The notes beneath the pieces were generated by a model. It was not told the DNA's origin. It ran no database searches and worked only from the letters and a program-made list of their open reading frames with translations. DNA of 50,195 nt from Candidatus Magasanikiibacteriota bacterium (lineage in GTDB: Bacteria; Patescibacteriota; Patescibacteriia; Magasanikbacterales; GWA2-37-8): positions 1 through 50,195 of the forward strand of contig SICD01000003.1 of the NCBI GenBank assembly GCA_009694865.1, read 5' to 3'. Both the position numbers and the translations under genes were made by a program. The stretch's first letter is position 1; each line of letters begins with the position of its first letter. This document shows, piece after piece, positions 27,209 through 36,132 of the stretch.

Positions 27209-27279
27209 AAAAATAAAGGTAGTAATAAATTTTTAAAAAAGAAAAGCCACCATGATGGTGGTTCTATTTTGTTGTTACC

Positions 27280-27510
27280 TTACTCACTGTCCAACAGCGT
27301 TTTAAACTCCTCCTTGCTTATTTGGGCTTGGCGAAGAATACTAAACAAAGTACCGAGCGGCAACGATTTATTGTGGACGGCAATGGTTATTTTTCGTCCA
27401 TCACTGTGTGCTAAACGTACATGACTGCCGGTTTGCCGCGTCACTACAAAACCACAGCGTTCCAATATTTTTATTAGCTCTTTGCCAAAAACTTGTGAAA
27501 AACCACCCAT
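27280..27510 (-). CDS. hicA: HicA-family mRNA interferase toxin
   Basis: ELIKILERCGF...RQTGSHVRL...VH...LPLGTLFSILRQA. Confidence 0.92.
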   Translation of the reverse strand: MGGFSQVFGKELIKILERCGFVVTRQTGSHVRLAHSDGRKITIAVHNKSLPLGTLFSILRQAQISKEEFKTLLDSE

Positions 27511-27513
27511 ACA

Positions 27514-27774
27514 TTAAGAGGTTCCATAACTAACATGGACCGACGTTAACATAGTCCTGTCGTCAGATTCGCTCTCAACAGTTTCCCCTTCGGATACAAG
27601 AGACTTAACATGAAAAGTAATGAGTTTTTTGATATTCTCAAGTGCCTCTTCAATGGTCTCGCCCTCGTCCGCTAGCCCGAGTCCGGGGCACTGTACTGAA
27701 TAACATGGTTCGTTAGTCCCGCTTCTACTGTCCGGCATTACGATGACATTATAGCGCAAATCTTTTACTAACAT
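27514..27774 (-). CDS. hicB: Short HicB-family antitoxin
   Basis: YSVQCPGLG...GETIEEALENIKKLI; upstream of hicA. Confidence 0.88.
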   Translation of the reverse strand: MLVKDLRYNVIVMPDSRSGTNEPCYSVQCPGLGLADEGETIEEALENIKKLITFHVKSLVSEGETVESESDDRTMLTSVHVSYGTS

Positions 27775-27966
27775 AAAATAGGGTACAAAAAATTACATAC
27801 ATATAGCTTAGTATAATAAAAATAAAAAAAAATGTCAAGGATGAATAAAACAGCAACTAAAAAATTAATTAATCGAGCCAGGTTGTCAAGTATTAAAAAA
27901 TGAAGTAAAATAAGAAGAACTAATCGAATCCGTGTAATCTTCACAAAATCCCTCTAAATCCGTGTT

Positions 27967-29394
27967 ATGAAACGTTTCGAACTCATCTTCACCTTTCTCC
28001 AACTCCCCATCGACTACCTCATGCTCCTCCTCGCTGGGGCCTCGGCCTACGCCCTCCGGTTTTCGCCATGGATTGTGGCGATTAGGCCAGTCTCTTTTGC
28101 GGCCAAGCTCTCGTGGGAGCGATATTGGCCCATTGTCGCATTAGTGGCGCTGGGCTGGCTGATTATTTTTGCTTTCTCTGGGTTATACAGTGCCAACCCC
28201 AACCGCAAACTCGCCCGAGATTTGACGCGCGTGGTGATGGCCTGCTGTACCGGTTTTTCCGCCATTACCATTTACGTGTTCTTCACCTTAGGCAAATTTG
28301 ACTCACGCTTTTTAGTGTTAGCCGGTTGGGGGCTCGCCATTATATTCGTCGCCCTGGGGAGAATGCTTTTGCACGGGTGCAAGGCGCTCCTTTACCGGGC
28401 GGGAGTCGGCCTCCGCCGCACCGTCATCATCGGCGGTGGCTCAATCGCCAACACCATCCAAAATACTTTTGCCTCACAGCGTCGATTAGGTTTTAACGTG
28501 GTAGAAACCTTCCCCCGCTTTTCCCGCACCAACGCGTCGGCCATGTTAAAATTAAAACCGGATGAAATAATTTTTACCGATCCCAAAGGCAACGAAACCG
28601 AAACCCTGGCCGCCATTGATTGGGCCAATATCCACCACATCACCTTTAAATACTCCGCCGATTTATTCGCCACCGTGTCGAGCAACATGATGGTCTCCAC
28701 CGTCGCGGGCATCCCCATTATCGAACTGCGCCGCACCCGCCTCACCGGCTGGGGTCGCATCACCAAACGCCTGTTCGACATCATCGGTGGACTGATACTT
28801 TTTACCATCTCCACTCCCCTATATTTAATTACCATCCTGATTATTTATATTGAAACCGGCCGCCCGGCCATTTACAAAAATGAACGCGTAGGGCAATACG
28901 GACACAAATTTTTCACTTTCAAATTTAGAACCATGTATCAAAAATTTTCCACCGGGCCACAATTTGGTCGCAGTGGCCAAGCGGCTTTAAAAACCGAAGC
29001 CAAACTCATTAAAACCCAAAACAGCAAATCCGGGCCAATTTATAAAATTAAAGATGACCCCAGAATCACTCCCGTAGGCCGCTGGCTCCGCAAATGGAGT
29101 TTGGACGAACTCCCACAGTTTTGGAATGTAATAAAAGGTGACATGAGCCTAGTTGGCCCCCGCCCCCATCAGCCGCGCGAAGTAGCCGGATACGAAAACG
29201 AGCACCAAGTTGTTTTTACCATCAAGCCAGGGCTAACCGGCCTCCCCCAAATTTCCGGCCGCAGTAATCTCACCTTTGAAGAAGAAATAAAGCTGGACGC
29301 GTTTTATATTGAAAATTGGAACGTGTATCTAGATTTCATAATTCTGGTTAAGACACCGTTTGTGGTCTTAAGAAAAACTGGCAGCATTGTGTGA
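27967..29394 (+). CDS. Polyprenyl glycosylphosphotransferase (sugar transferase, WcaJ/WbaP-like)
   Basis: [54 protein letters not shown]. Confidence 0.95.
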   Translation: MKRFELIFTFLQLPIDYLMLLLAGASAYALRFSPWIVAIRPVSFAAKLSWERYWPIVALVALGWLIIFAFSGLYSANPNRKLARDLTRVVMACCTGFSAITIYVFFTLGKFDSRFLVLAGWGLAIIFVALGRMLLHGCKALLYRAGVGLRRTVIIGGGSIANTIQNTFASQRRLGFNVVETFPRFSRTNASAMLKLKPDEIIFTDPKGNETETLAAIDWANIHHITFKYSADLFATVSSNMMVSTVAGIPIIELRRTRLTGWGRITKRLFDIIGGLILFTISTPLYLITILIIYIETGRPAIYKNERVGQYGHKFFTFKFRTMYQKFSTGPQFGRSGQAALKTEAKLIKTQNSKSGPIYKIKDDPRITPVGRWLRKWSLDELPQFWNVIKGDMSLVGPRPHQPREVAGYENEHQVVFTIKPGLTGLPQISGRSNLTFEEEIKLDAFYIENWNVYLDFIILVKTPFVVLRKTGSIV

Positions 29395-29424
29395 CACGAC
29401 AACACGACAACACATCAACACGCG
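29393..29424 (+). repeat. Left 8-mer array (AACACNNN x4)
   Basis: GACACGAC AACACGAC AACACATC AACACGCG. Confidence 0.9.
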
Positions 29425-29441
29425 AAAAATTGAAAAGGAGT

Positions 29442-29798
29442 ATGACTAAATTTCAGGATGAGCTAAAGAAAAAGATGCACCAGTACGTCAAATTGGTTTA
29501 TCACTGCACCAAAACTTTCCCCCGCGACGAGCTTTACGGTGTTACCAGCCAATTCCGACGCGCGACTCTATCGGTTATACTCAATTACATTGAAGGCTAC
29601 GCGCGTTTTAAATTGGGAACAAAATTGCAATTTTACGAAACGTCATACGGGTCGTTAAAGGAATCAAAATATTTGGTATATTTCAGTTGGACAGAAAAAT
29701 ATATTACCGAACTAAACTATAAAGAACTTGTATCGCTCGCGGACGAAATCGGTAGAATGTTATGGTCAGAAATAGAATTATTGCAAAATCAAAAATAA
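29442..29798 (+). CDS. Four-helix-bundle protein (23S rRNA-IVP / Avd-like family)
   Basis: TKTFPRDELYGVTSQFRRATLSVILNYIEGYAR...SYGSLKES signature; AAGGAG SD before ATG 29442. Confidence 0.9.
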   Translation: MTKFQDELKKKMHQYVKLVYHCTKTFPRDELYGVTSQFRRATLSVILNYIEGYARFKLGTKLQFYETSYGSLKESKYLVYFSWTEKYITELNYKELVSLADEIGRMLWSEIELLQNQK

Positions 29799-29813
29799 TA
29801 TTGTCACAATACT

Positions 29814-29853
29814 CACGTGTTGCAGTGTTGATGTGTTAAAGTGTTGAAGTGAT
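29814..29853 (+). repeat. Right 8-mer array (NNNGTGTT), inverted relative to the left array
   Basis: CACGTGTT GCAGTGTT GATGTGTT AAAGTGTT GAAGTGAT. Confidence 0.9.
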
Positions 29854-30975
29854 ATGCGATTAGCATTAGTACACGACTACCTCGCCCAAGACGGTGGCGC
29901 CGAACGCGTCCTTAAAGCCATTCACGAACTGTGGCCCGAAGCCCCAATTTTTTTATTATTTCACGATCGCCATAAAATGCCCCACTTCGTCGCGGCCGAC
30001 ATTCGCGAATCATTTCTGGCTAAACTACCGGGCGGGCGAAGCCACTATCAATGGTTCTTACCGTGGATGCCACTCGCGACCGAGCGCCTCAACCTGAGTG
30101 ATTTTGATGTGGTGCTTTCCGCCTCCAGCCTATTTGCCAAAGGTGTTATTACCCACCCTGGGACTCTCCATATTTCGTATTGCCATACCCCGCCGCGCTT
30201 TTTGTGGGGCGGAACGCACGAATACGTGGATGAGCTTAACTATGGCCGTTTAGTAAAAACTTTTTTGCCTCCCATTATTCACCGTCTGCGGCTCTGGGAT
30301 AAAATGAGCGCGGATCGTGTTGATCATTTTATTGCCAATTCTAAAACCGTCCAAAGCCGCATTGCCAAATACTACCGGCGCGACAGCCACCTCTTGTACC
30401 CGCCCACGGACACTGCTAGTTTTACTCCCAGTTTAGATATTGGTAACTATTTTGTCGCCGGTGGCCGGCTCGTGCCCTACAAACGCCTGGACCTGGTGGT
30501 GCGGGCATTTAATCGTTTGGGTCACCCCTTAAAAATTTTTGGCACCGGCCAGGAGCTAGATCAATTGCGCGCTATGGCCAAACCCCATATTGAATTTTTG
30601 GGTAGGATTACCGACGAAGATAAAGCTAAACTACTGGCCGGAGCCATGGCGTTTATCCACCCCCAACTGGAGGATTTTGGCATTACCCCCATTGAAAGTA
30701 TGGCCGCCGGCCGACCCGTTATTGCTTATGGCGAAGGCGGCGCTACCGAAACCGTCATTCCGGGAGAGACCGGCGTGCTCTTTCCCAAACAGTCGTGGGA
30801 ATCACTTTTAGACGCCGTAGTGCATTTTGAAGAAACCGCCTGGGACCAGAATAAAATCCGCGCCCACGCGGAAAAATTTGATGTGACTCATTTTAAAAAC
30901 CGCCTCGGGCAATTCGTGAACGACCGATACGAAGAATTTAAAACCGGCCTTCGTCAGCCGGCGTTGATACGATAA
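29854..30975 (+). CDS. GT4-family glycosyltransferase
   Basis: LVHDYLAQDGGAERV, GRLVPYKR, EDFGITPIESMAAGRPVIA. Confidence 0.95.
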   Translation: MRLALVHDYLAQDGGAERVLKAIHELWPEAPIFLLFHDRHKMPHFVAADIRESFLAKLPGGRSHYQWFLPWMPLATERLNLSDFDVVLSASSLFAKGVITHPGTLHISYCHTPPRFLWGGTHEYVDELNYGRLVKTFLPPIIHRLRLWDKMSADRVDHFIANSKTVQSRIAKYYRRDSHLLYPPTDTASFTPSLDIGNYFVAGGRLVPYKRLDLVVRAFNRLGHPLKIFGTGQELDQLRAMAKPHIEFLGRITDEDKAKLLAGAMAFIHPQLEDFGITPIESMAAGRPVIAYGEGGATETVIPGETGVLFPKQSWESLLDAVVHFEETAWDQNKIRAHAEKFDVTHFKNRLGQFVNDRYEEFKTGLRQPALIR

Positions 30976-32235
30976 TCACCCCCACCCCAAAATCTTTCCA
31001 AAAAAAGTAACTACGACGGCGAACAAAATAAGTACCGCGGCCACGCGCACCACCACGCTCATCCAGCCCTTTACCACATGCTTTTCTCCCATAATTTGTG
31101 GACTCTCGGAAAAAGTAATTAAAAAATAAAAAATCACCGGCAACATAGCGCCGTTTAAATAATCGGCGTACAAGGTAAGTTTAAACAGGTTAACTTGAGG
31201 GAATAACGCGGCGCCGAGCGCAAATACCAGCTGTAGAATAAAAAAAATGTAAAACGGCCGGCCTTTTTTAAAACTGGCGTTTAATGTCCGTTCATAGCCA
31301 AACAACTCGGTAAACACGTAGGCCGTGGCCAAAGGCACAATGGTAAGGCCAAGGAGCGACGCGCCAAACAGGCCGCTGGCAAACAAGGTGCCGGCAAACG
31401 GGCCAGCCAAGGGACGAATTGCCAAAGCGGCATCATACCCGCTCGTCACTGTGAGCCGGTTAACAAACAGGGTGGCGGTAACCGACAACGCGATCATCCA
31501 GGAAAAAAAATTAGTGAGTATTGCTCCGCCCACAATTTCCACGCGCTCCTCTGGCAACTGGGTGGCATGCAGGCCTTTGTCCACAATAAAACTGCTTACA
31601 AAAAATTGGCCCCAGGCGGTAATGGTGGTACCCAGAACCGCGATAAGCGAAAACCAGTAACTAATATCCCACACATTTATCTTGCGCGGGAACACAAAAC
31701 TTTCCCGCACCGCCTCGCCCCAGTTGGGGTGCACCAAAAACGCGGAAACAACGTAGGTGAGATAAAACAAAATCATTACTAAAAAAATCCGTTGCAAACG
31801 ACGAAAATTAAATTTAATAATTGCCGCCATTAAAACAAGGCACGTTGCCACCAACCCCCATTGCCAAGGGATATTAAAAATCTGAAGAGCGGCTTTAAGA
31901 CCGCTCATGTTTTGCAAGACCACGCCTTGGTTCACAATTAAATAAAAACCAAATACCGCCACCGCTACTTTAACGCCATAACGCTCGCGAATAAGCCCGC
32001 CTAACCCCTTGCCCGTAACAATGGAAATGCGCGCGCCAATTTCTTGCGTAACTGCCAAAAGAAGCGTGGTAGGCACAATTAAATACTGCGAAGCCATACC
32101 ATACATAGCCGCCGCCACGGTATAGGTAGCCACCCCGCCTGCGTCATTATCGGCCACGGCCGTAATAAGGCCCGGACCAATAACCGCCGCCATGGCAATA
32201 AGACGCGGCCAATGGTGTTTGAGTTTGTTTGACAT
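30976..32235 (-). CDS. NRAMP-family divalent metal transporter (Mg2+-type clade)
   Basis: GPGLITAVADNDAGGVATY, GTTITAW; many TM segments; paired with the MgtE-N/CBS gene. Confidence 0.88.
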   Translation of the reverse strand: MSNKLKHHWPRLIAMAAVIGPGLITAVADNDAGGVATYTVAAAMYGMASQYLIVPTTLLLAVTQEIGARISIVTGKGLGGLIRERYGVKVAVAVFGFYLIVNQGVVLQNMSGLKAALQIFNIPWQWGLVATCLVLMAAIIKFNFRRLQRIFLVMILFYLTYVVSAFLVHPNWGEAVRESFVFPRKINVWDISYWFSLIAVLGTTITAWGQFFVSSFIVDKGLHATQLPEERVEIVGGAILTNFFSWMIALSVTATLFVNRLTVTSGYDAALAIRPLAGPFAGTLFASGLFGASLLGLTIVPLATAYVFTELFGYERTLNASFKKGRPFYIFFILQLVFALGAALFPQVNLFKLTLYADYLNGAMLPVIFYFLITFSESPQIMGEKHVVKGWMSVVVRVAAVLILFAVVVTFFGKILGWG

Positions 32236-32247
32236 AGTAATATACTA

Positions 32248-32324
32248 TACACGAAACACATAGAATGACACACAAATCGCGCGTCATTGTGTAAGTATCG
32301 TGTATCATTATACGCGTATCGTGT
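32248..32324. repeat. Inverted ACACGA/TCGTGT 7-mer-type arrays between the CBS-gene stop and the NRAMP start
   Basis: TACACGAAACACATAGAATGACAC versus GTCATTGTGTAAGTATCGTGTATCATTATACGCGTATCGTGT. Confidence 0.7.
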
Positions 32325-33536
32325 TTACGCGTTCGGAACAAGATGTCGCATCACATCATCAATCGTTACCACTCCCACGAACTTGTGGTCTTTATCGAGT
32401 ACGGCCGCCGTATAAAGATCATATTTGGTCATTATCTTGATAACCTTGTTAATAGGATCATCAATTTTTAAAACCGTGTGGCGGGGCAAACGCTTCATAA
32501 TAGTTCTTAAGGCTTCTCCGGAACTCGCCAAAAGCAACCGACGCAATGATACTGACCCCTTAAACAGACCTTCCACGTCGGTAATGTACACATGAACCAA
32601 GGAACGAAGCCGTGGCGAGAGACGACGAACTTCATCAATGGTCTGCAGGACCGTCCACTCGGGCCGCGCGGCTACGTGCTCGGTAGTCATAAGGCCGCCC
32701 GCGCTATCTTCGGGGTAACTAATAAGTTTTTTAACCTTGGTGAGCTTACTACCCTGCAAATACGACAAAAATTCCTTGGCTTCCTCGCGGGGTAACATTT
32801 TTAAAAGATCAACCGTCTCATCCACCGACATTTGTTCCACAATTTTGGCGGCACGCTCCGGACCCAAATAATGGATAAGCGTCTTTTGAATATGCGGATC
32901 CATTTCCTCCAGCACGTGAGCGGCGGCTTTGGCATCTAAACTCCGCACCAGTCGGCTCCCCTGCTTTAAACTCAAATCTTCCACAATATTAGCCAGGTCG
33001 GCCGGGTGAATTTTAACCAAATCTTTTAAAATAGTATCCAATTTTAAAACCCCCTTAACCAATTGCGCGTTACGCCAATCAATCAAATTCACTTTCCACA
33101 AATCAAAAATATCCAGCCTGCCCATCCCAAGACGGCGTAAAATGCCTTTAAAACTCACGTCAATTCCTAAAACACACAACTCGTTCTCAAACGACCCTAA
33201 GCGCAAATCATTCACCCGCACCACCCGCGCGCCCTCAACGTCCACAATTTGTTCATCTAAAATATCACGGCTAAGCCACACATCACCCTCGCTGGCAATG
33301 CCTTCCGGGATGGTTTTAAACAAATGTTTTAAAGTAATTTCTTCGCGGCTGACGTTAGCTACATACGCGTAGGAAATAAAAAAACGGCGGCGCGTTCGCC
33401 GTTCCTCCATCAATAAAAATAACAGAGGCGGATATTCCCCCGAAACCGGCGCGACCACAACGTCAATAAGCCGCCCGACTTTCGTATCAGAACTATCGCG
33501 AATAGGACGTTTTAATAACTCGCTTAAATAGAGCAT
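32325..33536 (-). CDS. PRC-barrel / MgtE N-domain / CBS protein
   Basis: MLYLSELL..P, ILDEQIVDVEGARVVRVNDL, HPADLA, YPEDSAGGLMT, GVVTIDDVM. Confidence 0.9.
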   Translation of the reverse strand: MLYLSELLKRPIRDSSDTKVGRLIDVVVAPVSGEYPPLLFLLMEERRTRRRFFISYAYVANVSREEITLKHLFKTIPEGIASEGDVWLSRDILDEQIVDVEGARVVRVNDLRLGSFENELCVLGIDVSFKGILRRLGMGRLDIFDLWKVNLIDWRNAQLVKGVLKLDTILKDLVKIHPADLANIVEDLSLKQGSRLVRSLDAKAAAHVLEEMDPHIQKTLIHYLGPERAAKIVEQMSVDETVDLLKMLPREEAKEFLSYLQGSKLTKVKKLISYPEDSAGGLMTTEHVAARPEWTVLQTIDEVRRLSPRLRSLVHVYITDVEGLFKGSVSLRRLLLASSGEALRTIMKRLPRHTVLKIDDPINKVIKIMTKYDLYTAAVLDKDHKFVGVVTIDDVMRHLVPNA

Positions 33537-33668
33537 ACTTAGTGTATCAACAAATTACCCCTATAATAATACTCTGCAAAAAAATAAAACGCAAGACTGA
33601 TATTTTGTAAAATCCCAAAAATAGTGTATAATAAACACGTTTTATCCCTTGCTTCTAAGTCACTTTTC

Positions 33669-36101
33669 ATGCCTCGCGAAAAATCTTACCGCCAACTGCG
33701 CCGTTGCGGCACTTGCCAAAAAGCTGGCCACAACAAAGCTACTTGCCCAGAATCTGGACGAGCCTGTCCAGAGGCGCTTATAACAACACCGGCCCACCCT
33801 CGCCTCCTCATCCCAGCGCCACCGTTGAAATTTTTTGTGCATCACGTTAGCCACCCACCCGTCGCCTCTCCGCATATTATTGATACCAGAAATAGCGAAA
33901 CGAGTGTATGGAAAAACGTGAAAGCCTCGGCCCCCGAAGCTTCCAAAAAACCACTGTACCATTTTTATCACGAACTTAAACAGACTGAGAGTATCGCTGA
34001 TTACGAAACGCCAATTCCCAATTCAAAAAAAACCAGCGACAAAAAACCATCCCGCTTCACAACGCTCCAAACTAAATGGGGCGGGGTGGGCGATCGTTTA
34101 AAAGAAAAAATAAAAACCCGTTTCTCGAAACAACCGGTATTGTTTTCAAACATAAACCTACGCTGGGCAGTGCCAGTAATAGTGCTGGTTATAATAATGC
34201 CCCGCGCGGCCTGGGGCTATTTTACCAGTCTTAAAAATGACACCGAAATAATCGCCAAACACAGCCAAGCCGGTTTTATGGCACTCCAAGAATCAACCAA
34301 CGCCCTCAAACGGGCAAATTTTGAGGAGGCGGAAACTACCACGGCCGCGGCGCTCCAAAAATTTAACGAAGCCACCACCTTACTCTCCCAAAAACATCAG
34401 TGGCTCAAAACCATCGCCTCAACTTTGCCGTTTGTTGGTGAAAAAATAACAGGTCGAGAAAAATTAGTAATCGCGGGGCAAAAAATCGCGCTCGGAAACA
34501 GCTACTTACTAGATAGCCTTTCAAACGACACCACTCTCGCCTCTTCCACCATAATTAATCGCTTGAATAAAATTTTAGCCGCGGTTGACTATGCTCTTCC
34601 TAACTACCAAATGGCCCTCGAACAACTGGAGGCTGCCGATCCAAAAATCATTCCGGTGGAATACCAGACGACCTTTCAAGATATAAAAAAAATATTTGGC
34701 GCGGCGGTGCACGATGTAACGGTGTTAAGCGCTCTCAAGACCCCGCTCCGGGAATTATTGGGGGGCAATGGCCGCCGCCGCTTCCTAATTATTTTTCAAA
34801 ATCAGCATGAACTCCGCGCTACTGGTGGATTTATGGGGAGCTACGCTATTATGGAAGTAAAAAACGGACAAATTAACAGTTTCAACGTGCCGCCCGGCGG
34901 CAGTTATGATGTGCAAGGACAACTCGATACTTACCTTATTCCACCCACCCCGCTCCTCTTAAATAATAAGCGCTGGGAATTTCAAGACGCCAATTGGTTT
35001 CCCGACTTCCCCACCAGCGCCGAAAAAATACTCTGGTTTTATCGTCATAGCCGAGGAATAAGTGTGGATGGAGTAATTGCTGTAAACAGTAGCGTGCTTG
35101 AGAGAATACTCGGCGTATTTGGGCCTCTGGTCGACCATAATAGAGGCGTAACTCTGCAGGCCAAGAACTCGTTGGCCATCTTAGAAAAGATCATCGAAAC
35201 CGGCCCGGAGAAAAAAGCTAACAAACCAAAACAGATCCTCACCGACCTCGCGCCTAATCTCCTGGCCACTACTTTAAACGCTACCGGCGCGTCGCTTTTC
35301 CACTTGTTAGAAGAATGCGCCGCGGCTTTGGAGCAGAAAGAAATTCAAATATACAGCGTTGACAACGTCACCGAAGATTCAATTGCCGCCCTCGGCTGGG
35401 CCGGCGCTATTTTGCCTACCCAAGGCAACCAAGATTATCTCCTAGCAATTAATACCAACATCCAAGGAGAGAAATCAGACCGTGACATGAAACAAACTAT
35501 TAGCCACCAGTCGCTCATTCAACCCAACGGTGAAATTATAAATACGGTCACCATTACCCGCGAACACACCGGCGCTTTTGGCGAAAAACTGTACGGCACA
35601 ACCAACATTGATTACTTGCGTCTTTATGTGCCCACGGATTCCACCCTGCTTTCGGTGGGAGGATTCAGCTGGCCGGACGATGGGCTATTTCGCGCGCCTG
35701 ACCCCTGGACGCGCCCCGACTCCGATTTAATTAAAAATGAAATTGAAGTGGGAATTGATCCGCGCTCGGGCACGCGTATTACGAAAGAATTTGGCAAATA
35801 TGCTTTTGGCAATTGGATGATTACAGAACCAGGAAAAACCAGCCGTCTAGAATTTGTTTATCGTTTGCCATTTAAAGCCTTCTCCGACACAAAAACCAGC
35901 GCTTTACAACTCGTCGCGCAACGACAATCTGGCTCCGAAACATCATTTGAAAGTCAAATTATTTTTCCCGATGGCTGGGAACCAGTCTGGCAGGATGGCT
36001 CAAATTTGGTTCCTGCCTGGAACGGCGCCCATATTCCCAACCAGCCTCTAAAGCGGGACACCGTGTGGAGCTTGCTTATGAAAAAGAAATTCCTGCCATA
36101 A
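33669..36101 (+). CDS. DUF4012-domain membrane protein with N-terminal CCHC zinc knuckle
   Basis: FLIIFQNQHELRATGGFMGSY, DANWFPDFPTSA, VDGVIAVN, YLRLYVP; N-terminal CGTCQKAGHNKATC. Confidence 0.85.
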   Translation: MPREKSYRQLRRCGTCQKAGHNKATCPESGRACPEALITTPAHPRLLIPAPPLKFFVHHVSHPPVASPHIIDTRNSETSVWKNVKASAPEASKKPLYHFYHELKQTESIADYETPIPNSKKTSDKKPSRFTTLQTKWGGVGDRLKEKIKTRFSKQPVLFSNINLRWAVPVIVLVIIMPRAAWGYFTSLKNDTEIIAKHSQAGFMALQESTNALKRANFEEAETTTAAALQKFNEATTLLSQKHQWLKTIASTLPFVGEKITGREKLVIAGQKIALGNSYLLDSLSNDTTLASSTIINRLNKILAAVDYALPNYQMALEQLEAADPKIIPVEYQTTFQDIKKIFGAAVHDVTVLSALKTPLRELLGGNGRRRFLIIFQNQHELRATGGFMGSYAIMEVKNGQINSFNVPPGGSYDVQGQLDTYLIPPTPLLLNNKRWEFQDANWFPDFPTSAEKILWFYRHSRGISVDGVIAVNSSVLERILGVFGPLVDHNRGVTLQAKNSLAILEKIIETGPEKKANKPKQILTDLAPNLLATTLNATGASLFHLLEECAAALEQKEIQIYSVDNVTEDSIAALGWAGAILPTQGNQDYLLAINTNIQGEKSDRDMKQTISHQSLIQPNGEIINTVTITREHTGAFGEKLYGTTNIDYLRLYVPTDSTLLSVGGFSWPDDGLFRAPDPWTRPDSDLIKNEIEVGIDPRSGTRITKEFGKYAFGNWMITEPGKTSRLEFVYRLPFKAFSDTKTSALQLVAQRQSGSETSFESQIIFPDGWEPVWQDGSNLVPAWNGAHIPNQPLKRDTVWSLLMKKKFLP

Positions 36102-36132
36102 ATTACTTACTATTTATCCTAAACAAATTAGT

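Noticed and set aside
29442-29798. Diversity-generating retroelement (Avd-like protein)
   Set aside because: No reverse transcriptase and no TR/VR pair with adenine-specific mismatches were seen in the window.
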